Below are positions 1 through 8,518 of a DNA stretch of 64,000 nt, in pieces. The notes beneath the pieces are model-generated. The model was not told the DNA's origin. It ran no database searches and was given only the letters and a program-made list of their open reading frames with translations. The stretch's first letter is position 1; each line of letters starts with the position of its first letter. This DNA comes from a virus. The stretch lies in IMG/VR virus record IMGVR_UViG_3300022555_000009, one strand, 5' to 3'. A program made the position numbers and the translations under genes.

Positions 1-78
1 AGAAGCATTGGGGAAATGCACGAACCCGCTAAGTTCGAGGCTGGGCAACCGGCAGTGGATCGTAACCACCTTATTCCG
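1..78 (+). tRNA. tRNA-Ser(GCT), 5' end outside the window
   Basis: D arm gcat/atgc; anticodon stem cgaac/gttcg with loop CC-GCT-AA; long variable arm; T-like arm gtgg-atcgtaa-ccac; 3' strand ttattcc-G. Confidence 0.65.
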
Positions 79-123
79 GCGCAACAGCAGTGGGGCATAC
101 GAGTTCGAGTCTCGTTCCTTCCG
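79..123 (+). other. Orphan tRNA 3' half (T arm plus acceptor 3' strand)
   Basis: acgag-TTCGAGT-ctcgt T arm followed by tccttcc-G; no matching 5' half inside the window. Confidence 0.5.
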
Positions 124-179
124 TAATTTAACAATATATTAATTCATGACCTTATATTAATAATGATATAGGAGTTACC

Positions 180-401
180 ATGAGTACACGTCTAAAAGTA
201 GTATTTAATTTTAAGCAGCCTTCCGAAAGAAATGGCACCATCCTTCAGTTCACTCCCGTTACTATGGGCAGCTCCGAAAACGAAGCTTTCTTCAAATTCA
301 CTCCCGGCGGTCAGATTTCTTTCTATTGTGCCAATCCTGTTGTAGCCGATGAGTTTGAGATGGGAAAGCAGTATTACGTAGATATTACGCCTGCTGAGTA
401 A
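180..401 (+). CDS. Hypothetical phage protein
   Basis: 73-aa ORF with AGGAG RBS and upstream TATATT. Confidence 0.7.
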   Translation: MSTRLKVVFNFKQPSERNGTILQFTPVTMGSSENEAFFKFTPGGQISFYCANPVVADEFEMGKQYYVDITPAE

Positions 402-603
402 TCTATGGAATATGCACTAGAAAAAATCATAGGCACGGCATTTGAAATTCTCATATCGGGATTTCTTTAGCTTGTCTTGCTAAGTACTTGTGGAATATAT
501 GGAGGAATTCATGACCTTTTGGTCTGAAATCTTAGCAATAACTCTGGGATGTTTGGGAATGGAACTCGCTCGCAGACTTGAGAAAAATCCAACCTAATTA
601 GGT

Positions 604-975
604 ATGAATAAAAGAACCATTCTTCTTGTCGAGGCTGAAGCAACAAGCATCGTAATACAGCGAAATCTTTTAGAGAGCTGTGGTTACAGCGTGGTAGTAG
701 CGGAATCAGGGGAACAAGCTATAGAAATAACCAACGTCCTAAATAAAATAGATCTTATTTTAATGGACATATTTCTACCTGGAATAGGTGGGATAGAGGC
801 AGCTAAGAAGATTTTACAAAAGAAAAAAATTCCGCTTGTGTTCCTTTCTTTTCATCCTCAGAGTTTGATGATAGAACGCCTAGAGTGTCTTTCTTATCAG
901 GGCTATATAGAAAAGCCTTTATGTCGAAATTCGATTTGCGCCTGCATTGAGAGAATTTTGAATCGACCCCACTAA
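604..975 (+). CDS. Stand-alone CheY-like response regulator receiver domain
   Basis: ILLVE(A)E, IDLILMD phosphoacceptor, PGIGG, VFLS and GYIEKP receiver motifs. Confidence 0.9.
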   Translation: MNKRTILLVEAEATSIVIQRNLLESCGYSVVVAESGEQAIEITNVLNKIDLILMDIFLPGIGGIEAAKKILQKKKIPLVFLSFHPQSLMIERLECLSYQGYIEKPLCRNSICACIERILNRPH

Positions 976-994
976 TTAAAAAGAAGAGGGCCTT

Positions 995-1432
995 ATGTTA
1001 CATACCGCTATTTCAAAGTTAACTATGAATTTTCCATCGCACCGTATTTACGCGGAAGGCGAAGGGGCATATGTTTTGAATATCGATGGTATTCCTTCAG
1101 GAGTATCATGGACTCAGACTCTTGAGCAGGAGCTGGAATCCGCTTTGGGTAAAGACCTAGCTAATAATCAGCTGTGTACTTATTTGACTTCTCTGGTATA
1201 TGAGTACTTTAACAAGTTGAGAGAAAAAGAGAAGTCTACCGCCCCTGTTCAATTTCAGACTTTTGTGCCTACGCCTTTGGAAATGAATTTGAAAGGTATG
1301 GACCAAGAAATATCAGTTAACGCCCTAACGTCCTCAGATGTTGTAACTACTATGGCTGACATTAAGAAGGACGAGGTTGTTGTAGAGGAAGTTCAGGTAA
1401 AGGATACGTCGACTTCATCTCGCAAGGGCTAA
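995..1432 (+). CDS. Hypothetical protein (putative late gene)
   Basis: 145-aa ORF preceded by ACTAATTA and GAGGG RBS, followed by a terminator. Confidence 0.7.
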   Translation: MLHTAISKLTMNFPSHRIYAEGEGAYVLNIDGIPSGVSWTQTLEQELESALGKDLANNQLCTYLTSLVYEYFNKLREKEKSTAPVQFQTFVPTPLEMNLKGMDQEISVNALTSSDVVTTMADIKKDEVVVEEVQVKDTSTSSRKG

Positions 1433-1452
1433 AGAGTAGGCTTTTGGAAAAT

Positions 1453-1482
1453 AAAAGCCTACTTGAGAAAGTAGGCTTTTTT
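1453..1482 (+). terminator. Intrinsic terminator
   Basis: aaaagcctact-tgagaa-agtaggctttttt hairpin with T tract. Confidence 0.8.
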
Positions 1483-1485
1483 AAT

Positions 1486-1570
1486 GGAGCAGTATGCTAG
1501 CGGCTATGCACGCGGCTTTGAATACCGTTTATCTCGCAAGGGATCGCAGGTTCGAGTCCTGCCTGCTCCG
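1486..1570 (+). tRNA. tRNA-Ser(TGA)
   Basis: Acceptor ggagcag/ctgctcc, G discriminator, loop TT-TGA-AT, long variable arm, GTTCGAGTC T loop. Confidence 0.85.
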
Positions 1571-1580
1571 CGGATGACTT

Positions 1581-1666
1581 GGAAGTGTGTGATAATTGGT
1601 AGTCAGCTTGATTCGAAATCAAGTGCTCCGTAAAAGGGGTTGGGGGTTCAAGTCCGCCCACTTCCG
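1581..1666 (+). tRNA. tRNA-Ser(CGA)
   Basis: Acceptor ggaagtg/cacttcc; anticodon stem cttga/tcaag with loop TT-CGA-AA; long variable arm. Confidence 0.9.
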
Positions 1667-1679
1667 TAAAAGGATTGAT

Positions 1680-1895
1680 ATGCTTGCTGTAAAAAAGTTC
1701 ATCCCCGTAAAAGGTATTAAAGTTCTACTCTATAGGCCTGATCGTCCTTGGTGGAAGTGGGAATTGGTTACTCCTTCTACCTGGTGGTGGTACCAAAAAT
1801 ATTACTTTACGAATTTTGTCAAACAATCCTCCCTGTATTATAAAATCTGGTTTTACTTTCATATTCAAAGAAAGCGTAATAAAACCACCAATTGA
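1680..1895 (+). CDS. Small Trp/Tyr-rich hypothetical protein (start moved to ATG 1680)
   Basis: AAGGA RBS before ATG 1680; the upstream part of the track ORF overlaps a tRNA. Confidence 0.55.
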   Translation: MLAVKKFIPVKGIKVLLYRPDRPWWKWELVTPSTWWWYQKYYFTNFVKQSSLYYKIWFYFHIQRKRNKTTN

Positions 1896-1905
1896 ACATA
1901 AATCT

Positions 1906-1977
1906 GCTGATATCGTATAAAGGCTATTACGAGTCCTTGGTAAGGATTAAATCATAGTTCAATTCTATGTATCAGCT
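1906..1977 (+). tRNA. tRNA-Thr(GGT)
   Basis: Acceptor gctgata/tatcagc; anticodon stem agtcc/ggatt with loop TT-GGT-AA; T arm catag-ttcaatt-ctatg. Confidence 0.85.
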
Positions 1978-1983
1978 TTCAGT

Positions 1984-2059
1984 GCCCGTATAGTTTAACT
2001 CTTTGGTAGAATTGCTGTCTCGTAAACAGCGGGTCTCCGGACAATGCGGAGTGTGGGCT
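1984..2059 (+). tRNA. tRNA-Thr(CGT) with non-canonical T loop
   Basis: Acceptor gcccgta/tgtgggc; anticodon stem gctgt/acagc with loop CT-CGT-AA; T stem ctccg/cggag with loop GACAATG. Confidence 0.75.
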
Positions 2060-2069
2060 TTTGGTTTTT

Positions 2070-2154
2070 GGAGCTGTATGTTAGCGGCTATACAACTTGC
2101 TTGGAAAGCAAGAGCTATCGTAAGGTAGCGCAGGTTCGAGTCCTGTCGGCTCCG
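2070..2154 (+). tRNA. tRNA-Ser(GGA)
   Basis: Acceptor ggagctg/cggctcc; stem cttgc/gcaag with loop TT-GGA-AA; long variable arm. Confidence 0.9.
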
Positions 2155-2253
2155 TCGATTCAAATCTATAGTGGGGATTGACTGTAATCAATACCCTTAG
2201 CGTTACAGAGCTAACCCAAAAGGTCTTTAGAAAGTAGATCAAAGTTTTTTAGT

Positions 2254-2331
2254 AAGCATGTAAGTTCTTGGCAGAACGTCGCGCGGATGTAAAGCCTGGT
2301 GGAGGAGGGGTTCAATTCCCCTGCGTGCTTC
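2254..2331 (+). ncRNA. tRNA-like RNA with irregular, extended anticodon arm
   Basis: Acceptor aagcatg/cgtgctt; D arm gttc/gaac; T arm agggg-ttcaatt-cccct; anticodon arm does not give a 5-bp stem and 7-nt loop. Confidence 0.6.
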
Positions 2332-2336
2332 TTCTT

Positions 2337-2408
2337 AGGTCCGTAGCCAAGTGGTAAGGCAGTTGACTGCAAATCCTCTATACATCGGTTCAATTCCGAT
2401 CGGGCCTT
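2337..2408 (+). tRNA. tRNA-Cys(GCA)
   Basis: Acceptor aggtccg/cgggcct with U discriminator; D arm gcc/ggc; loop CT-GCA-AA (two stem mismatches); T arm atcgg-ttcaatt-ccgat. Confidence 0.8.
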
Positions 2409-2416
2409 TTCTTTTT

Positions 2417-2492
2417 GGGAGTATATCGGCACTGTCTTCGAAACAGGAAGCACGTAATTGGATGAATGCAGGTTCGAGTCCTGTTACTCTCA
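2417..2492 (+). ncRNA. D-arm-less tRNA-like RNA with a TCG (Arg) anticodon-like loop
   Basis: Acceptor gggagta/tactctc; ctgt-CTTCGAA-acag arm only 8 nt after the acceptor; long variable region; T arm gcagg-ttcgagt-cctgt. Confidence 0.6.
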
Positions 2493-2554
2493 TATAGTAA
2501 ATCTCATATCTTTACAACTCTGTTCTAAAAAATCAACAAAAATTCGCCTTTTTC

Positions 2555-2592
2555 TCGCCACCGACATATGGGTGTCTTCTTATATTATATAC
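2555..2592 (+). promoter_or_regulatory. Putative early promoter (T(C/T)GCCA-N20-TATATT)
   Basis: Motif repeated six times in the window at the head of gene clusters. Confidence 0.7.
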
Positions 2593-2617
2593 GTAAGCAC
2601 AAGAAAAGGAGCGCGAG

Positions 2618-2791
2618 ATGCTCGATAAGGCAATCGAACATGGCAAAGAAAGGCGCAAGCCCTTCTACCGTGCAGGTAAATTCGACAGGACTTGTCGGTG
2701 TCACGGTGGATGCCCATACTGCGAGAGCAACCGCTTTCATAGTACTCGAATTCGTGAAATGAAAGCGAACGACCAACTAAAGGAAATATAA
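2618..2791 (+). CDS. Small Cys/His (CRCHGGCPYC) phage protein, 57 aa, missing from the ORF track
   Basis: AAGGAG RBS; MLDKAIEHGKERRKPFY...CRCHGGCPYCESNR; stop abuts the rIIA start. Confidence 0.75.
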   Translation: MLDKAIEHGKERRKPFYRAGKFDRTCRCHGGCPYCESNRFHSTRIREMKANDQLKEI

Positions 2792-2792
2792 A

Positions 2793-5033
2793 GTGCAGCT
2801 ACATTCTGCAGACAAGAATACTGTTCAGACCAATGTTGGTAACTCCCGCGAGTTCACCATCAAGGCGTCTGGTAAGGCGTTCGAGATTCTGTCCGCCAAT
2901 CTGTATAAGGATAAGATTGGCGCCCCGATCCGGGAGCTAGCCTGCAACGCTCTCGACGCGCACGCGATGGCGAAGAACAAGGATCCCATCGTCGTTCATC
3001 TTCCCACTACGTTTGAGCCCTACTTCAGCGTTGAGGACAAGGGCACCGGTATGACTCCTGATCAAATCGAGGACCTATACACTTCGTACTTTTCTTCTTC
3101 CAAGGAGCACAGCAACAACCAGATCGGCGCTCTTGGCCTCGGTTCGAAGTCTCCTTTCGCCTACACCGATACGTTCTCTGTGGACTCGGTCTGCGAGGGC
3201 GTGCATACTTCCTATAGTGCCGTTATCGCAAAGAACGGCACTCCTACAATCATGACTCTGAATTCAAAGCCGAGTGATGCTCACCCCGGCGTGAAGATTA
3301 CTTTTCCTGTCAAGGAGCAGGACTTCCGCACTTTCGTGAATCGCGCTGTGCACATTTTCTGGGCTTTTGACAAGAAGCCTACGTTCATCGGCGCAGTCAA
3401 GACTTACGAGGAGTATGTTAGGTCCGACAAGTCCTCCACCATCTACGAGGGCCGGGGCTGGAAGTTCTACAAGGAGTACCCCTCTTGGTGGAACGGTACT
3501 TCGAATTCGCTCATTAAAATGGGCAATATCCTGTACCCATTCAACCCTCCAGGCGACATCAGAAGTAAGCTCGCGACCAATTATGGTCTGTACCTAGACA
3601 ACAAGTTCATCATTGAGATGAAACTCGGGGAGTGCGATATCGCTCCATCCCGCGAGGAGCTCTCCTACGATGAACTTACCGTCTCTAACATCGAGAGGCG
3701 CCTTCAGATCATCAATGCTGACTTCGATGAGAAGCTTAGGAAGACCTTGGACGAAAGCCCCTCAGAGTGGGTTGCTGCACAGAAAGCTTTCGAGTTTTAC
3801 AACTCGTTCGGCTCCAGAAACTCGTATAAAGATAAAATAGTCACTTATCCTTTCACTTACAAAGGAGCTAATTACAAGTACGGCGAGGCCTTCAAGGTAG
3901 CTTTCCCAGAGAGCTATACTCAGATTACTCCTTTTAGGAGAAGGAGAGTGGCGACTTCTCTCACTGCAATAGCTATCGTCGCCGGTCAAGTTGAACTGAA
4001 GTTGGGCTCAAACGTATTCATTATTCTCGAGCCCAGGAAAGTCATTGACTGGAACTCTGCGAATACTAGGAAGAGGGTCGGCAAGTATATTACTAACAAC
4101 AAAGTATCTACTTCCGGGTTGGTCATTTACGCGATGAGGAGTCTCCCTGAGTCTCTGCGAAAGCAGCTTCATGGAATTCCTGTCGTCAATTACGATGACC
4201 TCCCGAAGAATCCCAACAACAATTACGTTTCAAAGAAATTGAGGGCGTCGAGTACCAAAATAAGGGTGACGAATTGGGAATCGGGACCGGGACCGATTTG
4301 CGAAGAGGAGTCCTCTGAGCTCAGTCAAGACAAAAAGATTTTCATCATCTCCAAGGCCAAGAAGTACTATGTTGATTGGGAAGCCCTCGAGGATGCGAAT
4401 GCCAATGCCGATCTCAAAACGTGTCAGTACCTCCGAAAACCTCTGAATGCGTTCGGAATTAGTTTGGCAAAGGTCTATGTTGTGACCAGCCTTGAGTTTA
4501 AAAGGACTCGATTGGATCTTAGTACCGATTGGATTTCCTTCAAGGATTTCATCGCTCAGAATCTTAAGGTTCTTGATGATAAGTATAAAGAATCTTACAT
4601 AGCGCGGACTAAAAATCATATCCTTAATAATTTCTACAGCCGCCTTTTGAATCAGAAAGACTCCGCTATACAATATATTAAAAGGGGTGTTGGACCCGAC
4701 AGCGACTTCACCAAGAAGTACGATCAGATTGCGCTTTTGGGAAAGATCGACAAGATGACAGAGCAGTATGGTGAACTAAAGAAATGTGTTACCGCGCATA
4801 ACTTGGTCCCTTATACTATCACCTCCAACACAATCGTCGAAAAGGATACCATAGGAATGTATGCTAAGTACCCTATGCTGAAAGTTATGCTGGAAGTTAT
4901 CCGGTACGAGAGCGATCTGGGGAGTGGGACATTACAGGTCCTTGTGACGGAAAAGAATACTTCAAATATAAAATATCTTGATCTAGTCGTTGACTATATT
5001 AAAATGGTAGACACTCGGGTCGTATCCGAGTGA
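2793..5033 (+). CDS. rIIA: rIIA-like protein (GHKL/Hsp90-like N-terminal ATPase domain)
   Basis: LYKDKIGAPIRELACNALDAH, DKGTG, IGALGLGSKSPFAY, PSREELSYD; adjacent to rIIB. Confidence 0.9.
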   Translation: MQLHSADKNTVQTNVGNSREFTIKASGKAFEILSANLYKDKIGAPIRELACNALDAHAMAKNKDPIVVHLPTTFEPYFSVEDKGTGMTPDQIEDLYTSYFSSSKEHSNNQIGALGLGSKSPFAYTDTFSVDSVCEGVHTSYSAVIAKNGTPTIMTLNSKPSDAHPGVKITFPVKEQDFRTFVNRAVHIFWAFDKKPTFIGAVKTYEEYVRSDKSSTIYEGRGWKFYKEYPSWWNGTSNSLIKMGNILYPFNPPGDIRSKLATNYGLYLDNKFIIEMKLGECDIAPSREELSYDELTVSNIERRLQIINADFDEKLRKTLDESPSEWVAAQKAFEFYNSFGSRNSYKDKIVTYPFTYKGANYKYGEAFKVAFPESYTQITPFRRRRVATSLTAIAIVAGQVELKLGSNVFIILEPRKVIDWNSANTRKRVGKYITNNKVSTSGLVIYAMRSLPESLRKQLHGIPVVNYDDLPKNPNNNYVSKKLRASSTKIRVTNWESGPGPICEEESSELSQDKKIFIISKAKKYYVDWEALEDANANADLKTCQYLRKPLNAFGISLAKVYVVTSLEFKRTRLDLSTDWISFKDFIAQNLKVLDDKYKESYIARTKNHILNNFYSRLLNQKDSAIQYIKRGVGPDSDFTKKYDQIALLGKIDKMTEQYGELKKCVTAHNLVPYTITSNTIVEKDTIGMYAKYPMLKVMLEVIRYESDLGSGTLQVLVTEKNTSNIKYLDLVVDYIKMVDTRVVSE

Positions 5034-6115
5034 GAAACAAGGTTTCCAACAAAATGGAGGTTGGTACGATGCGTATTCCCTTTGTGACTTCTAATAGTGG
5101 CCTGACGGCCTATGTCGGTGGTGAGGCCAAGATGGTCGCTAAGGACCACATCAAGTATGAGCTGATTCTCAGTAGTCTGCTCAATGACGTTCTTGACGAG
5201 GACTCGTTCAATCTCATGTACGACGCGGCATCGGCTATATTTCAGTTCTCGGATGGCAAAGTCAAGGTCGGGGGCGACAGGCTCTTCTACGACGGTGTCG
5301 AGATGCACAACGCCCTTGTTACGAGGACTATCGATTTAATCAAGAAGAATCAGTCCATTCAGAGCCTCGTCAATTTCATGAACAACCTTGTCGACAATCC
5401 GTCGTTCAGGGCTGTTACAGAGCTCTTTGACTTCCTTGACGCCTGCAGTCTGCCAATCACACCTAGTGGTTGCTTCCTCGCGTATAAGAAGGTTAACGGG
5501 GAGTATAAGTCCATTCACGCGAACCCTGACGGCACGTATCTCGATAACTCGATCGGCAAGGTCGTGGAGATGAGGCGTAATTTGGTCGACGAGAATTCCG
5601 AGCAGACCTGTTCCTCTGGCCTCCACTGTTGTTCCTTCGACTATCTGAAGAACTATGGTGACTCTTCTTGGGATAAGGTCGTTATCGTTCAGGTCAATCC
5701 TCGTGATGTTGTCGCCGTTCCTAAGGATTACGGCAACCAGAAGATGCGCGTGTGCAAGTACGTGGTTGTAGGAGAGATTCCTAACGACCAGGTCACCCAG
5801 CTTAAGGATAAGTACTCCACCTCTGACTACTCCGATGAGGATTACGATGAGGACGAGGATTATGACTGCAATCCTTGCGAGTGCGACGATCCTTGCGATT
5901 GGGTTCCTCCTGTGCCAAAGAATATTCCGCCCAAGACTCTTCCTGCTCCTGTCTCTACAGGAAATTGGATCTGCTCTGATGGTGGATTCGAGGATAAGTA
6001 CGGTAGCTGGACGACTATGGAGTACTACGGCGTTACCAAGAACCAGGCTAAGGCTGCATTCGCAAAGGAATTTGACATCGATTATATCGATGTAAGGGTG
6101 AGGAAGATTCGATAA
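5030..6115 (+). CDS. rIIB: rIIB-like protein
   Basis: NPSFRAVTELFDFL, FLAYKKV, CSSGLH, VNPRDVVAVPKDY..KMRVCKY. Confidence 0.9.
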   Translation: MRNKVSNKMEVGTMRIPFVTSNSGLTAYVGGEAKMVAKDHIKYELILSSLLNDVLDEDSFNLMYDAASAIFQFSDGKVKVGGDRLFYDGVEMHNALVTRTIDLIKKNQSIQSLVNFMNNLVDNPSFRAVTELFDFLDACSLPITPSGCFLAYKKVNGEYKSIHANPDGTYLDNSIGKVVEMRRNLVDENSEQTCSSGLHCCSFDYLKNYGDSSWDKVVIVQVNPRDVVAVPKDYGNQKMRVCKYVVVGEIPNDQVTQLKDKYSTSDYSDEDYDEDEDYDCNPCECDDPCDWVPPVPKNIPPKTLPAPVSTGNWICSDGGFEDKYGSWTTMEYYGVTKNQAKAAFAKEFDIDYIDVRVRKIR

Positions 6116-6396
6116 TGAAGAAGCACGTAATGGTGCTGATGATGGCCCTGCTTATCGTGGGGCCATCATTTGGCAAGGGTGGAAGTTCCGGTGGTCATGC
6201 AGCTAGTGCGCACTCTAGTTTTAGTGCTCACCCCTCTTCGGGCATAAGTTCTAGTCGAAGTTCAAGTATCAGTTCCAGTAAGAGTTCGGGATTCAGCAGC
6301 ACCTCTCACAGCTCTTTTACCGCTACGAGTAGTTCATCTACGAGTAGCGCCTTCACTATGTCATCCCCTTCTAAACAGAACCAGGTGAGTACCTGA
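6115..6396 (+). CDS. Signal-peptide, Ser/Gly-rich protein (possibly truncated)
   Basis: Hydrophobic N-terminus followed by low-complexity Ser-rich sequence. Confidence 0.55.
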   Translation: MKKHVMVLMMALLIVGPSFGKGGSSGGHAASAHSSFSAHPSSGISSSRSSSISSSKSSGFSSTSHSSFTATSSSSTSSAFTMSSPSKQNQVST

Positions 6397-6637
6397 AAGA
6401 GCACAGGTGTTGTATGAATGGCGGGTGGAGTCTAGGCAAAACGAACTTTGAATGCTCAAAGAGAAACAGAGAAAGCTGCTGGGGATGGGTGTTGAGTCAT
6501 CCTCTTCCTAAAGATAAGTAGAATCAACTAATTCTATATTAAAAGAAAGGAGGTTAACTCATGACGTAGGGCAAATCCAGAAGTCCTCCAAAGTATGTAA
6601 ACAATTTCAATTTTATATAACTCAAAGGAGGCAACAA

Positions 6638-7108
6638 ATGAGTGATACAATTGAGACTACAAGGAATTGGATTGTCGATCGAGATACTTATCTTACGATG
6701 CGTCAAGACCAAATAGCAATCATGGACGACGCCAGGCATAATACCCTGACGGATATATACACGGGCCTTCTCCATACTTGGATGATCTCTCAGTCCGCTC
6801 AAGTAGTGAGATTCATAGAAGGATCCAGGGGTGAAAATCCTCGTTACGCAGATTATCTTGCGAAATATAAGGCGTGGGGAGAGCTGCGACCTAAGCAACC
6901 AATTTTTCTTGGTTGGCCTAGAGAGATGAACATTGTCTACTCTATTATCAGAGGCAAGCCTTACGAAAAGATTGAAGCAAAGGTTAGAGAGCATAACGGT
7001 CCTTCACGGTATGGATTGAAAAAACTCTGTGAATATTACAAGATTGACTACGCCGCTATTGAGGCCCAGATTCAACTAGTGTTTGATTCGCGGAGCCAAG
7101 AATGGTAA
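6638..7108 (+). CDS. Hypothetical protein
   Basis: AGGAGG RBS, 156 aa. Confidence 0.75.
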   Translation: MSDTIETTRNWIVDRDTYLTMRQDQIAIMDDARHNTLTDIYTGLLHTWMISQSAQVVRFIEGSRGENPRYADYLAKYKAWGELRPKQPIFLGWPREMNIVYSIIRGKPYEKIEAKVREHNGPSRYGLKKLCEYYKIDYAAIEAQIQLVFDSRSQEW

Positions 7109-7458
7109 AGCAACTGATAGTAGTCAATATGGCTGTACCGATGGGGTTCTCTCAGCTTACGGTACAAATAGCTCACGCTTCTATGCTAGGCATATTACAT
7201 CAGGGATCTTGGGACGACGGTACATTTTGGCTCCAAGCAGATGATAACCCAGAGCTGCAAACTTGGCTCAAAGATCACTTTACATTGATTGTCTGTAAGG
7301 TTTGGGCTAAAGAAGCCATTATGAAGCTTAAAGAGGAAGCGGAGAGCTTAGGTTTAGCTACAGCGGTTATGGAAGACTACGGTATGGTAACTGCTTTATC
7401 AATAGGACCAGCAGAAGAAGATAAGCTAAAATCATTTAAGAGACTGACATTGCTCTGA
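7102..7458 (+). CDS. pth2: Peptidyl-tRNA hydrolase, Pth2 type
   Basis: KQLIVV..QIAHAS..W.....LIVCKV..ALSIGPA..LTLL pattern typical of Pth2. Confidence 0.8.
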   Translation: MVKQLIVVNMAVPMGFSQLTVQIAHASMLGILHQGSWDDGTFWLQADDNPELQTWLKDHFTLIVCKVWAKEAIMKLKEEAESLGLATAVMEDYGMVTALSIGPAEEDKLKSFKRLTLL

Positions 7459-7489
7459 AAGAATAGGGGGTTCATCAGAACCCCCTCCT

Positions 7490-7560
7490 GTATCCATAGC
7501 CTAGTGGCAAGGTGGGGATCTCTAAAATCCCACACGCGGGTCCGATTCCCGCTGGATGCA
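7490..7560 (+). tRNA. tRNA with CTA anticodon (amber suppressor)
   Basis: Acceptor gtatcca/tggatgc with A73; D arm gcct/aggt; perfect anticodon stem gggat/atccc with loop CT-CTA-AA; T arm gcggg-tccgatt-cccgc. Confidence 0.85.
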
Positions 7561-7927
7561 TATGAAGTATATTTTTGATTTGTATAAGATAGATAAAAGG
7601 TGGTTCTTTGATGACCCGTCGAAAAATATTTATCAAGAAGAATTTATTGACGGCGTACCAGAAATTATAGAAGCATATGTAGGCGATAAAGCAGTCACCG
7701 CTAAAATCATTCTAAATGATTCTGTTCCCGACGATGCCTCTGGAGAAATTCAGTACCACAGCCTTCATTATGCGGGATCTCTAGGGGAATGGACTAGATA
7801 TGAGGATACGGATTTCGATGGCAGCGAGGAGATAGTTTATGGTGAAGGTTGGTTCTGTCCTACCTTCTGGAAGTACTTTTCAAAACCCGCGCCTGAAGTC
7901 CTTTATTTCAGAATCATGGCGATGTAA
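7556..7927 (+). CDS. DUF6717-like phage protein
   Basis: WFFDD...EEFIDG...GWFCP..WKYF..APEVLY motif pattern. Confidence 0.65.
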   Translation: MHMKYIFDLYKIDKRWFFDDPSKNIYQEEFIDGVPEIIEAYVGDKAVTAKIILNDSVPDDASGEIQYHSLHYAGSLGEWTRYEDTDFDGSEEIVYGEGWFCPTFWKYFSKPAPEVLYFRIMAM

Positions 7928-8490
7928 GCATCTCGTGATCAAACACGAGAAAACTAATATAATCACTTGACACACGGCTATCGCCGGTGAGTAATTCCCA
8001 CCCCATCTTCTTTGCTATTAATCTGGAGAACCTCTCATAGAGTAGTAATCGCCCATGATCTTCTCTGGAAGAGAAAAATTCTACTCCGTCGATATCTTGC
8101 TCTTTTCTCTCAAAGAAGAGTGTCACGGCCTCAATGACTGTGTTCATAATGGTTGTGGAGGACTTGCGATCCCCTAGGTCTAGCATAGAATATTTGCCGT
8201 TAGCACTAAAGAAGATTTCCCAGATATTAAATTCAGGCTCTTCCTTATATAGCATCATTTCTAGTAGCTCGGGGTAAACAACTGACTGATAATCTACAAA
8301 CAAACCGAGAAGATCCCTGGGATCCTTTTGAGGTAGAGCTAAAGTCTACCTCAAATACCAGTATTTGATAAGCAAACGGCCCCGTCTCCGGCATAACTGT
8401 AAATGTATACATTTGCTTGAACTTTTCGTCTACTGCCAGCTCTAGATCATCGGCTTTCAACTCACCCATTTCTAATAATTGTTTTAGCAT
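7914..8490 (-). pseudogene. Single late gene broken by a 1-nt frameshift (track ORFs 8245-8490 and 7914-8303)
   Basis: Removing one T at GAC TTT AGC (~8342) fuses both ORFs into one ~191-aa frame; ACTAATTA upstream. Confidence 0.6.
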
Positions 8491-8518
8491 CGTATCTAAT
8501 TAGTCAACTAATTATATT

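Noticed and set aside
2165-2210. Hairpin with a CTGTAA loop resembling a Tyr anticodon arm
   Set aside because: No D or T arm; cannot be called a tRNA.
1596-2453. Track ORFs 1596-1679 (extension), 1972-2163 and 2211-2453
   Set aside because: They overlap or are antisense to clear tRNA genes; shadow ORFs.
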